In this document: positions 23,955-37,391 of the stretch, piece after piece | Layout of the letters: every line of letters starts with the position of its first letter | Numbering within the stretch: the first letter of the stretch is position 1 | Assembly: GCF_018350175.1 (NCBI RefSeq) | Contig: NC_058368.1 | Span: forward strand, 217,126,001-217,190,000 | Direction: 5' to 3' | DNA: 64,000 nucleotides | From: Felis catus | Lineage: Eukaryota | The notes under the pieces: generated by a model | What the model was told of the DNA's origin: nothing | The model's input: the letters and a program-made list of their open reading frames with translations, nothing else | Databases searched by the model: none | Translations under genes and position numbers: made by a program

Positions 23955-25653
23955 ATTTTTAAATTTTATTCATTTATTTTGAAAGAGAGAAAGAAAGAGA
24001 GCATGAGCAAGGAAAGGACAGAGAGAGAGAGGGGGAGAGAGAGGATTCCAAACAGGCCCACACCGTCAGTGTGGAGCCCAATGCAGGGTTCAATCCCATG
24101 AACTGTAAGACCATGACCTGAGGTGAAATCAAGAGTTGGATCCTTTTTTTTTAATTTTCATTTATTTTTTTAATTTGTTTAAAATATTTAATATATTTAA
24201 TTTTATTTACTATCTAAGTTAGTTAGCATATAGCGCAACAATGATTTAAGTAGATTCCTTAATACCCCTTACCCATGTAGCCCATCCCCTCCTCCCACTA
24301 TCCCTCCCAACAACCCTCTGTTTGTTCTAAGAGTCTCTTATGTTTTGCTCCACCTCCCTGTTTTTATATTATTTTTGCTTCCCTTCCCTTATGTTTTTCT
24401 GTTTTATATCTTAAAGTTCTCATATGAGGGAAGTCATATGATATTTGTCTTTCTCTGGGTGACTAATGTCGCTTAGCATAATACCCTCTAGTTCCATCCA
24501 TGTAGTTGCAAATGTCAAGATTTCATTCTTTTGATTGTAGAGTAATACTCCATTGTATATATATACCACCTCTTCTTTATCCATTCATCCATTGATGGAC
24601 ATTTGGGCTCTTTCCATATTTTGGCTATTGTTGATAGCACGGCTATAAACATTGGGGTGCATGTGCCGCTTCGCAACAGCATACCTGTATCCCTTGGATA
24701 AATACCTAGTAGTGCAATTGTTGTGTTGTAGGGTAGTTTTTTGAGGAACTTCCATACTGTTTTCCAGAGTGGCTGCACCAGTTTGCATTCCCACCAACAG
24801 TGCAAAAGAGATCCTCTTTCTCTGCATCCTCCCCAAAATCTGTTGTTGCCTGAGTTGTTAATGTTAGGCATTCTGACAGGTGTAAGGTGGTATCTCATTA
24901 TGGTTTTGATTTGTATTTCCTTGATAGTGAGTGATGTTGAGCATTTTTTCATGTGTTGGTTGGCCATCTGGATGTCTTCTTTGGAGAAGTATCTATTCAT
25001 GTCTTTTGCCCATTTCTTCACTGGATTATTTGTGTTTTGGGTGTTGAGTTTGTAAGTTCTTTATAGATTTTGGATACTAACCCTTTATCTGATATGTTGT
25101 TTGCAAATATCTTCTCCCATTCTGTCGGTTGCCTTTTAGTTCTGCTGATTGTTTCCTTTGCTGTGCAGAAGCTTTTGAATATGATTAGGTCCCAGTAGTT
25201 CAGTTTTGCTTTTGTTTCCCTTCCCTCCAGAGACGTGTTGAGTAAGAAGTTGCTGTGGCCAAGGTCAAAGAGGTTTTTACCTGCTTTCTCCACAAGGATT
25301 TTGATGGCTTCCTGTCTTATATTTAGGTCTTTCATCTCTTTTGAGTTTATTTTTGTGTGTGGTGTAAGAAAGTGGTCCAGGTTCATTTTTCTACATGTCG
25401 CTCTCCCGTTTTCCAGCACCACTTGCTGAAGAGACTGCCTTCATTCCATTGGATATTCTTTCCTGCTTTGTCAAAGATTAGTTGGCCGTACATTTGTGAG
25501 TCCATTTCTGGTTTCTAGGTTCTCTATTCTGTTTCATTGATCCTGTACTGTTCTTGTGCCAGTACCATACTGTCTTGACAGTTACAACTTTGTAATATGG
25601 CTTGAAGTCCGCAAGAGTTGGATGCTTAACTGACTGAGCCACCCAGGCACCCC
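23955..25653 (-). mobile_element. CanSINE split by an L1 insertion (23955-24145 and 25612-25653)
   Basis: Tail and body lie left of the L1; the head (ttaactgactgagccacccaggcacccc) lies right of it. Confidence 0.9.
24146..25611 (-). mobile_element. 5'-truncated carnivore L1, older, frameshifted ORF2
   Basis: ORFs 24515-25021 and 25018-25422 are ORF2 C-terminal fragments. TSD caagagttggat(c/g)ctt (24130-24145, 25612-25627). Confidence 0.95.
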
Positions 25654-26559
25654 AAGAGTTTTTTTTAGAGTAATTTAGTTTGTAGACAAAATTATTGGAA
25701 CAAAATTATAATTGCTGAGATTTATAAAACATCTTATCTATTAGATAAGAACACTTTTAGTCATCCATATGAAAAGAAGGAACAGATAAACTAAGTAAGC
25801 TGCCAAAATTCACATAGTGAGATGGCGGAAGATCAGATAGTGCATATTGACAGGTTTTTTGCAAGTCCAACTCCTAAAAAAGAGTTAGATGGGCCCTTTA
25901 TAAAATTTGGATATTGGCATGTTATAGTTTATCTGAATTTATTAATCTGTGCTTGTGGAATGACATTCTAGGAGACGTTCTGATATGACTGGAAAACTTC
26001 GGCTGTATATTCATGTTTAGAGATTCATAAGACACATGTATAGAATAAAAACTCTGTGATGCACTGAGTTGATGAAATTATGTCAGCAACTGCTAAACTT
26101 ATTTCAACATGGAGAACTGTTTTCATGGAATACATGGGAACACAATCACTAGGTCAATAATATTAATAATAATTTTTAAATAATTTGTACCTGTTTTACC
26201 CTGCAAAAATAAAGAACTAGAATATACAGAAAAATATAGTTTTTACTAGTAAGTAAAATATAGTTTTTACATAGGCGTCTCAGTATTGAGAGAAAAGTAC
26301 TCATAGAAACTAAAATGATAGACCAGTAGAGCAAAAGATAGATTCATAGCATAAAAAGTAATGAATATGAGTAATAAAGTAGAATGATGTAGTGGTTAAC
26401 ATTACATGCAAGATGCTCACATTTTTTCTTTCACTTATAAGCTGGTCATATCTAGCTGCTTATTCTCACTTTGTTCAATGCAGGTCTTTAAATTTCTTTT
26501 CACAAAGTTATTCACTTCGTTTTGGTTCTAATGGTATTATTCTTGATTTAAGATCCACT

Positions 26560-27500
26560 CTTATTTATTTATGCCTATTAATTTCTTAGACTAATTAGTA
26601 TTTATATCTTCCTCTATCTTAAGTTGTTTTTTTTTAACAGCTTCTCATGTCCCTTTGGTTTTCTCACACACAACCCCCCCCCATCCTGTTGTTATATGCA
26701 AAATTTAAATTCTGGGTTTTGATGGATATGCTTTCTCTTTTTCATGTCCCTATCTGTGGTGCCCACATTTGAGGAAAATTTGGTTATAAACTCATGGGTG
26801 CAAGTGCAGTGTCTTTCAGGAAACTATTTATCAATTACTTTTTTTGCAACCAGTTGCCCAGAGGGAAATCTGATGTCTTTCTAATTTATGTTCCTTAGTA
26901 TATGACCTGCCTTTACTATCTGGAAACATTTAGAGTTTTCTCAACATCTTTACTGTTAGTCTAAATTTCACTCTAATGTATACAGATATAGAAATTTTAC
27001 TTATCGTCCATGTTGGTTATTCCATGGACATTTCCATGTGAAGAGGTGTTTCATCTTTCTTAAAATTTGGAGATTTTATATTCATTTTTTAAAGACTGTC
27101 TGATCTCCATTTTTATGTTTCACTCTTGCTCGAATTCTTATTATTCATATATTGGCATTTCAACTTCTAACTTTTTTTATCATTTAGGTTTCATTTTATA
27201 TTTTCTCCTTTTTCCTCTCTTCTTGCCCTTTGGAGGCAAGTTTCAATTCGATCTTCTAATTTACTAATATATTTTTCAAATGAATAAAATCAGGTGTTTG
27301 TCCCATTACCTTAATGTGTGTTTTCTTATTACATTTTTCAGTGTAGTATTTCCATTTTGGTCTGTCCAGCTATTTTTCTTCTGATATGGCTAGTAGTTTC
27401 TTTTATTTCTTCCAATAGTTCTGATAGAGTTCTCAGTGTGGTCCAGTGTGCCTTTTTAAAATAGCTTTGTACTCTTCAGATAACTAATTCTGATTAATTC
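26560..27500 (-). mobile_element. Highly degraded L1M/HAL1-like remnant
   Basis: T-rich sequence with gagggaaatctgatgtc...tatatgacctgcc motif resembling antisense L1 ORF1-region sequence. Confidence 0.4.
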
Positions 27501-28512
27501 ATGGTCCACTCAAGTTATTGATCATTCTACCTATTAATATGTGTTGGTTAAAACTGTTGAGCCTTGATCTGTGTGCACGTCAGTGACTTTATGTTGAAGG
27601 GAAGTATACACATCAGTGGAGAATTCTAGCAAACACTCCTGCTTATAACAACTCCATGGGTGATGACTCCTGTCAGGGATTCATAGGGAGAAATATCAAT
27701 GGGAGAAGGTAATTTTTTTTTTAGATTTAAATCTGCAAATGCAGGAAATTGAGAGAAGGAAGTGATGAGAGATTGAAAGTCCAAATGCAATGATCACTGT
27801 AAAGAAACACAGAGAGAGACAAATGTCAGGATTTAAAAAGCTTGCCTCATATCTTTCCTGTCAATATTGCTTCTGCCTGTAGCTACACTCCCTTACAAAT
27901 ATACACACCAATTCGAAATAGTCTTCCATTTGCCCCACGGGTTTTCTGAGTTTGTTAATGTTATTGGTGGTGACTATTTGGTGGGAGTTTCTGAATTCAT
28001 GTTTCCATATCCTTTGCATATTCTTTCAGTGCTAATTTGGAGAAGGTACCCAGCAGCCCTTATTTTTTACACATCTTGTGAGGAAACTAAATCTTAATTT
28101 ACCTTCAGATTTGCAGGTTCATGTAAATAGAGTGGATGTGTGTGCACTCAATACATTTTAAATTAGCTGAAAGATCTTGTTGATATCAATTTCCTCATGG
28201 TAAATATGTTAAGTATTAAGGTATTACATTATTAATACATAACATTGGATTAAAGAACCCCTCTTAGTAAAATAAATAAATAAGCTAATAAATAACGTTC
28301 TTAGTAATAAACATCTTTTAATGATCTTAAAAACTTTGGGAGCTTTAAAAACATATAGAATGGTCACTTGGTCATCTGGGAAAATTTTAAGAGCCAATCT
28401 CCACTCTAAATCAGTTTTATATTCTAATAGACACATTTCTTTAGTGATATGGAGACCGAAAAAAGTCTCTTCTCTTCAGATACAGTGAAAATGCAGTATA
28501 GCTTATAGATCC

Positions 28513-28518
28513 TTTATT
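28513..28518 (-). promoter_or_regulatory. Candidate AATAAA polyadenylation signal for the putative minus-strand transcript
   Basis: First minus-strand AATAAA I find downstream of the candidate terminal exon. Followed by CA and T-rich sequence. Confidence 0.25.
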
Positions 28519-29437
28519 AAAGCAGAATTTAAGTGTCTTTCATATTGCAATTAACAATGATACTTCAAAGCGTGGCCCTGAAAATTGGGCAAAATCAATG
28601 AACCATACATTATAAGATTACCCACAAGCAAGATAAAGTTTTCCATTATATAAATAAATCAGTGCATCCATGTGTGTCATTTATGATTTTTATCCAAAGT
28701 GCAAGTATAGTATTATGCAATGTTCTTTCACAAGATAAATAATTTTCCCTAATATTCAATTATTTCAATAAAAGTATAACTCTGGTTATCAAGTTCACAT
28801 GGACAGTAAAGACAAAATACAGTTAAAAGTTAAAAAAAAACTTTTGGAATATGAGATATAAAATCACAACTTGAATGTTACAGTAGTAGTACTAACAGTG
28901 ATACAATATTTCAAGTGTAGAAATCTGCTCCAAGGGGATTTAGCTTCTTTAAAAATGTATCTGTCATTTTCCATTATATCCGATAGCCAAGCACTTCATA
29001 TATTCACTATAATCATTCTGTTTGCAAAATACTTCATTCTCTATAACAACTCTCATTTTGATAACATAAGGTGATATTACAGATGATATAACATAACTGC
29101 ATAAAATATTGTTTCATTTTAGAACTTCAGAACAACTGCTGTAGAACATCCAACATAATAGTGAACAATACTTATGGAAATTATAAAACCCTGTTCACAA
29201 ACAGGGATAGGTGAATCAGACAAGTGGAAGCTTAGTCTCCTTTCTGCATAGCACAAAATAATTAATCTTCAGAATTGCTTAACTAAGGGAACATGTAGAA
29301 AAAAAAAATTTTTAGCATTCATAACTTAGGTTGTTATGATTCGCCTGGGTGTGTAAATTCTAATAGCCCCAAATGGCTCTGGAAACAATATTGAAGCCTG
29401 TTAAAGATGTAGAAGTAAAGCACTAAGGCCTCATATC

Positions 29438-29559
29438 TCATTTGTTAGAATTCTTTTCAGCCCTTTCGTGGTTCTGTATTCTCAGTATTAAGCTCTTCTG
29501 GTAGGGCTTTCTTTCAGAACTAACAAATGAAATTCCATTGCCTGGGCTCGAGAAAGTTG
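29438..29559 (-). CDS. Candidate terminal coding exon of an unrecognised gene
   Basis: Very strong acceptor ctcactcctttttctctttctgatttttcttttgccctag|C. Phase-1 frame reads (S)TFSSPGNG...AEKNSNK* and is compatible with the 45825-46068 exon. Confidence 0.3.
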
Positions 29560-32109
29560 CTAGGGCAAAAGAAAAATCAGAAAGAGAAAAAGGAGTGAGT
29601 ATTTCCTTCTCCCTTATGGCTGTGGAAATGCAGACACTATTCTGCATCAAGAAGCTAGTTTTGATAAAGCGATGAATTGAGAAAATTAACAAAAGCTCAA
29701 TCTTACTTGCTTTAAATGTGAATAGTTGTATGAATATGTATAATCGTGTTCAGGTAAGTGTTTGATAAACACATATTTTAAGACAAATATTTCACAGAGA
29801 TTGTTGCTATGTGCTCCAAAATACAATCTTTAATCCATAAATATCTGTGCTTCTATTTGGTTCTCTTCCTTAACTAATAGTTGCCATGTTAATAATATGC
29901 AGGATTCCTATCTGTATTTTTATAAGCATTTAAACACTTGTAAATTCCTTTATAAAACCAGAGAAGTAACTAGATTTACCATCCCTCTATGAATGAAAGC
30001 ATAAACTATGACTTAGATAGATTCCTTTATAACACAAATAATTTAAAAGTCTTTCACATTTAAAATAAAAAATAAAGGACTCAATATAAATGGTGGCCCC
30101 AAAACTTGGACAAAATCAATGAATTGTGCATTAGTTGTTAGCTGTTGGTTTTTGACTGTCTTTCCCTTTTCAACAGTATTTAGATTTTCTTTGAGACATC
30201 CTTGTAACCATGACAGCTAAAATATACACTCCTTTAAGGATGGGCCCTACCTATTCAATCCACCGCTTTATCCTCAAACACTTATCGCAGTTTCTGACAC
30301 ACAGAAATGATTTACTAAATTTTTGTTGGAAAAAAAATGAATCCTGTAATAGATAAATGATAGGTCATTGCGGATTTGGTATTTGAAATGGTACTCCATA
30401 CTGTGTTGCATATATAGAAAACACAAAATGTTTAAAATAGATGGATAGATTATAGTGCTTACCAGAATTAAATGGGCACCTTAGGTCTGAAAATAAAGTT
30501 AGAAAAAATATTTTGGAGACCTTTGATTTCCAAAGTGAAATAGTTTTGAACTTTGGTATATATGAGCAAAACACTTCAATTTCTATTTTGGAAATCAGTA
30601 AGTGTTAAGTAATATAGAAAAACCAGGGACTAGAGTCAGGAAGCTCCGTTAAATTGGTAATTAAAGTATGAATGTATTTAATAAATTCATTTTTAAAAGC
30701 TAAAATAATTTCTCAAATATATTGCTATAACATATACTGTAGTAATAATTAAATAAAATGTAAAATGTATAAATTGAAGCCTTACAGAGTCAAAATAAAG
30801 AAAAATTTATAACTCATAAACTTATATAACCGTGAAATTTGGGGGACATAGCTAAAATCTCAAGGCAGTCCAAATTGTCTTAATATCTGAAGCATAAAAG
30901 CCAGGAGATGATAGAAGTTTCCTTGTTTAGAAATACTTTATCTCCAGCTCTTATACTAAATGTGGAGCAATTATGTATTAAATGAATAAACAATTGTTAT
31001 AAAATTTGAATATTTGTTCCTTGTTCCAGGGGTTTCCAATGAGCTTTTACTAAAATATCAGACGTTTTGATTTGCCAAGACAAATACATGCAATCTATAA
31101 TATCCAGAATCAAATTCTTCAAAATCTAATTATAAATTTATTAATGAGTTATACATACTAAGAATCCTAACATGCAGAACACCTTGCTTTCATTAATTTA
31201 ATCTACTTTATGTTAGGCGAGGAGGCCCCGACTAGTCTGTGCTACTTCTGTTTGTCCCTCAGGCATGAATTTCTTCTAATCCTTTTAAAAATGTCTGGAG
31301 GTTTGTGGGTGAAGATAAGCCTATTAGCCTGAATAATATTTAATTAGAAGGTGGCTTAGGCTTTGTAGTTATTCTCCGATGTATGGGTATCAGAACTGGA
31401 TATCAGCATAATGTGGAGAGTATGTACCAATAAAGGAAACGAGTACCGGCCTTGATAAATCAGGAAATGGGTTGTGTTTTGGTGGTTCCACTTTCTCAAC
31501 TTAACTGCCCAAAGCGGGGAAAACAAATATTGCCTGTAAAAGACTTGAGTTCAAAACTGGAGTCTTATAACCTGTGATTCCCTAAACCAATTCAGTTCCC
31601 GTGCTGGTGGCCACAACTAGGACTAATTTATTTTCAGGGAGCCTTAAGAGGTCAGTAAACAACTTGAACCCGAAGGGCAGTTGAAAGCCCACTTCTCAGC
31701 ACATAAAACCTCCTAGTCCAGGAAAATCTGATTCAGCTTGATACCACAAGTCACTCACTGCATTTAAAAGGTCATATAAGAAGGAAATATCACACATTTA
31801 AGCAATTAGGCTATTAAATATCTTACATGAAGTAGAAGTTTTTAAATATGGTGCTCTACTTCAGACTAAAGCAAATGGAAATTGGGTAATTATAATCACT
31901 AAGCTCCAAGGAAGTGGCATTTAGTCCTCCACAAGTACACTAAAATACAGAGAAAAGCAATTTTGTTAAAACTAAAAGAGATATGTACAAATCAAAATAG
32001 AACATCTGTAAGTGTGAGTGAGGCGGTAAAAAAGGAGGATATCCAATGTCCATGAAACCAGGAACGAGACAAAGAAGAATGTTGAGTAACCAGACAGAAA
32101 AGCTTAGTG

Positions 32110-32252
32110 CAGGGTTTCTCAATCTCAACACTATTAACATTTTAAGCCAGAGAATTCTATGTTGTGAAAGGCTGTCCTGTGAAAACAGCAGTATCTCCAG
32201 ACATTGCCAAATGTTCCATGATGTTGAAATCACCCCTGGTTAAAAATCAATG
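32110..32252 (-). mobile_element. MER20 (hAT-Charlie), internally deleted
   Basis: cagggtttctcaatctcaacactattaacatttt...tctccagacattgccaaatg. 8-bp near-TSD gcttagtg/tcttagag. Confidence 0.8.
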
Positions 32253-33116
32253 TCTTAGAGAAAGGAGTTATGCAGTGGATTAAAAAAAAATCCATCCCTC
32301 TTTTTTTCTTTTTTTCTTCCATTCCTCCATTATGCATAATAGTCAGGAATGAATCAAACTCAAGCTGGGCAGTGGATACAGAACTCTAGTAATACATTAT
32401 GTCGCAACAACTAATTGTATACAATAATGAGTATAGGCTTATTGCTAGACTGCTTATTAGTTTTATTTTAACCTTACAAGACATGACATAACTATGATTT
32501 TGCCCATATTTTATAAAGATGAAAAATAAGGTTGGTAGGTAGTTATTCCCCAAAGTCATATACCTAGAAAGATGATTATATAGATTTGTCTGAATTCAAA
32601 GTCTAGGTATAAGGATTAGATTATGTTGCTTTGTGTTTTTTGTTTGTTCCCTACTCCAAAAGGGAGCAGTGTATGAACACCTTAGATATAATGAATGAGT
32701 CAGAGTTGATGTTAGTCTGTTATAAACTGTTAAAGGGGTAGTCTCTTTAGGACTCACAAGAAGAATAATCAGGCTTCTCCTAATGAACTAGTTTTTTTCA
32801 AATCTATAAATACTATTCATTACCTCTACATCAGCAATGTAGGAAACTCAGAGACAAAATTGAAGAAAAAAGTTTAGATTTGATTTTTTTGGATTCACAT
32901 TAACTCTGGCTTCATCATATTGGCTGACCATATTTTTCTATTTGCCATTATTGCTACAGCTTAATTTTGTTGTATATTGATATGTACTTTTTGTAAGCAA
33001 CATCAAAACCACTCTTGGAATCTATTCACACAAAATGGGTTATTTATAAATATCTAAGAAGTTCAACAGCATAGGTTGTGGTGCCACACAAACCCATGTA
33101 AAAATCCAAAGCCAGA

Positions 33117-33349
33117 GGGGTCCCTGGGTGGCTCAGTTGGTTAAACTTCTGACTTCAGCTCAGGTCATGATCTCACAGTTTGTGAGTTCAAGCCCTGTGT
33201 CGGGCTCTCTGCTGACCCACTAGAGCCTGGAGCCTGCTTCGGATTCTGTGTCTCCCTCTCTCTCTGCCCCTCCCCTACTTGCACTCTGTCTCTCTCTCTC
33301 TCTCACAAAAATAATAAGTAAACATTAAAAATTTTTAAAAACTGATTGT
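33117..33349 (+). mobile_element. CanSINE
   Basis: TSD taaaaatccaaag(c/t)cag. Confidence 0.92.
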
Positions 33350-33709
33350 TAAAAATCCAAAGTCAGTGTAAATTTAAATAGTCTTTAAAACTTCTGTTTA
33401 AATACATTGAACAGTTTCCTCATTCACAACATAAATACAATCTCCACTATGTTTTTTGTAGATTGACCCATTAGAGCCTGGAGCCTGCTTCAAATTCTGT
33501 GTCTCCCTCTCTTTCTGCCCCTCCCCTACTTGCACTCTGTCTCTCTCTCTCTCACAAAAATAATAAGTAAACATTAAAAATTTTTAAAAACTGATTGTTA
33601 AAAATCCAAAGTCAGTGTAAATTTAGTCTTTAAAACTTCTGTTTAAATACATTGAACAGTTTCCTCATTCACAACATAAATACAATCTCCACTGTGTTTT
33701 TTGTAGATT
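33214..33709 (+). repeat. Tandem duplication, units of about 250 bp (33214-33464, 33465-33709)
   Basis: SINE 3' half plus unique flank repeated with only a few substitutions and small indels. Confidence 0.95.
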
Positions 33710-35181
33710 CAAATGTATAACAATATTTAATACACAGAGCTTAGTTCCAGCCACACAGAAGACCTTCAAAAATTGATTGGTGTATCTCCATTAATTTTAT
33801 AGCTTTAGTGTTTATATGCGGATTAAATAAAGCATCTATGATTAGCCCATTAATTATTTATTTCTATATGATGACTAGTTTATTCACTCAAGCAAGTGGC
33901 TAACCCAGTACATAATAGCTAGCTGTTCACCTAACAGAAATAGTGCCTTGACATGAAAAAATAAATAAATAAATGTGCATCTGAAAAATTACCTAGTGTC
34001 AGATTACTAATCGGTGTTCTCCATCAATAAGTAAGTTAACAGACATTTATGGAGCATTTCAAATATGGGGAAAAATTGACCTGAGTGAGAATAGGTTCTT
34101 AATAAATATTTATTACAAAAACAAAAATAAATTGTTTGGTTGTTGAAATGGATGAATAAGTCTGATGTGTTCATTTGTCTCAAGAAGTTTATTTAAATTA
34201 AGATTACTACACTATCCGATAACCACGGGGGCCCATAATGTGCCTAACAATTGTTACAAACTATAAAAGTTCTAGGAGCTTTGTTCTATAGGTCTTTCAG
34301 CACAAACTCTATCAAGAAGGTGAGTTTTACTTAGATTTTGAAAACTGGATGCATAGATAAAGTGAGAGAATAGATGATAACGTTCTAATATGAAGGCTAG
34401 AATAAAGGGCAGAGAAAAAAAAGAAACAGAAAAGATGGTAGAAGACGAATATTCTAAGAAGGTAGATAGAAAATGTATAATCTGATGGCACTTTGCCCAA
34501 TGATATGAGTATCTGTAATGCAATAGGGGGAGTGAGTTCAGAGGCAAGAACAGTTTAAATCTATTGCAATTATCCAAACATGAAGTAATAAGTGGCTGAA
34601 CTAACCAAATGGCAGTAGAATAGAAATAACAGATGTATGAGACACTGCACACGATGAATCAACTCTCCTCTTTTCAATCTCCAAAATAGCCCAGATAGTT
34701 AAATATGCTGATAATACAAATTTATGGGAGTGGTAAACACAAGGCAATATAAATGAGAATTTGAAAGGGACTGGAATGTTTTGATAAACAAGCTGGTTGG
34801 CGAGCACATTTAAATGACAGTTCCTATGAAGAAAAATATCCTCAATAATAATTAAGCCCCACCAAGAATTAATGGTTTGATTCATGCAAGAACAGTGCTT
34901 GTCTTATAAGCAATAGAAACCCATAGTTACATTTATCATCCACAGAAAATAATGCTTTCCACGTTTTACAATTTATAAAATACTTTCACATACATTAATT
35001 TATTTGATATTAAAAGGTCACTGTAAGGAAGACATCATTTATATTTTGATGTATATTTTGTAAGTACGATCATCCATCGCTTGCATTGTGTGGCCACCCC
35101 ATAACATGGGCATGCATTTGAGGCTGTGCAGAGAGGGTATTGTTAAGCATAAATATATTTGCATTTATATGCTTAAGAAGG

Positions 35182-35564
35182 TGTATCAGTTATGGTCCTG
35201 CTGGGAAAAATATGTCATTTGGTGAGTTTAAAATTTGAAATGTGTACAATAACCATTGGCTAATAAAAGCAAAGAGTTTTTTTTCTCAAAGGCAGGAGAA
35301 GGGGGAAGTTACATGATTCCTAAGGAAACTATGTCCTCTAGGAAAGAAATGCAACTAACCTGTGGAAACCTGGAAGGGACTGAACAAGGAAATAAATCAT
35401 TCTTACCCATCTCCTATACTCTGATCTCTTTAATGGCCAAACCCAACCATAAGGCAGAGGCAAGGGATCTGTTAACCCAGCCTGTGCGAGTCAACCTCTG
35501 AGGACAAGGGAAGGGTACAGCCACATGGCAAGTGGCTCTGGAAGGCAAAAAGAAAATACACGAC
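35182..35564 (-). mobile_element. ERVL solo LTR (LTR33/LTR41-like)
   Basis: tggccaaacccaaccataaggcagaggcaaggga...gtggctctggaaggcaaa motif. Confidence 0.6.
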
Positions 35565-36562
35565 AAAGAATTGGTGGCATGCTTTTCAGACAGAGTCAAA
35601 ACAACTGGAGTCAGTTACAGGACATTATATGTATCTTCTCCACCCATAGCTTCATTCTAGGCAAATAATCGAAAGCGGTTTCACCTGTAGAAGATCGCTC
35701 TGATTGATTTCATGTTTTTCAAGTGAAAATATCTTGGCCTGACTTAATTGGACCAGAAATATATATGAGGCTGAGCATGAGTGAAACGATTTCTTAAGTG
35801 ACTACGTGTTCAGCATACCGCCAAACTGATCCATAGTTAAAACACTGTTTCAATAGAAAGCAATTTCTTCAAATTCTGAATAAATTCGGTATAAAAGTGA
35901 CTAGGAAATTTTCCTGATTCCAAGAGTCTTTGTAATAGTTTTGTACAAATTGGGATGCTATTTTCCCTTCTGTTATGCATTTGCAGCAGAGTCCAGTTTC
36001 CAGAGATGATTTAGGCATGACTCATCCTTTTACCATGTGTGAAGTTAATTAAAACATAGGACTTTAATAGAGTAGTTAAGTTCATCAAGTTATTTCTATA
36101 GCCATTTCATAAATAGTTTGAATATTCAAAATGTCAAGACCATAAGATTCTCTAGTGATTCTCAGACAATGTGGCAGACAGTATTAGCATTCACTAAAGC
36201 ATGGAGTTGGGCTCTCCTTTGGTGCCGACCACACTGCATTTGGATCTATCATGTGATTGTCTTTGACCATTTAATCGTGAGGATAGTGATGTGTGTCACA
36301 CCTCTCAGGCGCCATTTAAAAGTAGGTGCACAATTCAAGTTATTCTCCCACACTGGGGTGAATGTGGCGGTCCATCACCAAGAAGGCTACATAGCAGGAG
36401 ATGGTGGAGACGATATCAGCTCTGGCACACCCGTCTGATTACAACGAGCAGAGCACTCCCTCCACTGACCAACATTAGACACGTAGAAAGAGTGAGAATT
36501 AACTGTTGTTTTAAGACCCTGAGATTTGGACGTTTCTTTTCTATAAACTAATCAATTGTCTT

Positions 36563-36584
36563 TTTTTTTTAATGTTTATTTATT

Positions 36585-36619
<35 letters not shown>

Positions 36620-36780
36620 AGGAGAGGGGCAGAGAGAGAGGGAGACACAGAATCTGAAGCAGGTTCCAAGCTCTGAGCTGACAGCACAGAGCCCAATGTG
36701 GGGCTCGAAACTCACAAACTGAGAGTTCGTGACTTGAGCCAAAGTCAGACACTTAACTGATTGAGCCACCCAGGCGCTCC
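36563..36780 (-). mobile_element. CanSINE with long (GA)n
   Basis: TSD caattgtctt. Confidence 0.93.
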
Positions 36781-36789
36781 ATAACCAAT

Positions 36790-37113
36790 TGTCTTCATTG
36801 AACTGCTATAACGAAACACGATAAACTAGGTAGATTACAAACAACAGAAATGTACTTTTCCCAGTTCCGAAGGATAGACGTTCAGGGCTGTGGACAGTCT
36901 CCTTTTCATTGCGTGCTCATAATGGCAGAAAAAGAGCTAGTTAGCTCTTTGACTTTTTCTTCCTGAAGCACTATTTGCATTCATGAGGGATCTACCTCAT
37001 GACCTAATTATGTCCCCAAAGCCCCATCCCCAAATGTCATCACACTGAGGTTTGGGTTTCAACAGCTGAACTGGGAGAGGGGAGATGGGCACCACTTCCA
37101 GTCCATAACCGCA
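36790..37113 (-). mobile_element. MaLR LTR (MLT1A-like)
   Basis: aaacaacagaaatgtac, cattcatgagggatctacctcatgacctaat, cagtccataac. Confidence 0.75.
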
Positions 37114-37391
37114 ATCTTGCACGATACATTCTCTACCGGGAGAAGACTGTAATTCTTAATATTGCATATGAGTCCCTTAATATTTTACCCACTTCCTACT
37201 TCTTGTAATCTGCCAGAAAAACACTATTCTTCATATATACAGAACAACTTGAAGTCTGTCAGTCATGTTATGTTTATGTCTCTTAGCACATTTCCATTCA
37301 CGCATGATCCTTCTACTGAAGTGCATTTCTTACCATCCCTTGCCTCACTGACTCTTGGTGGTGCCACTAGGTCCCCTCATTCACACCAAAG

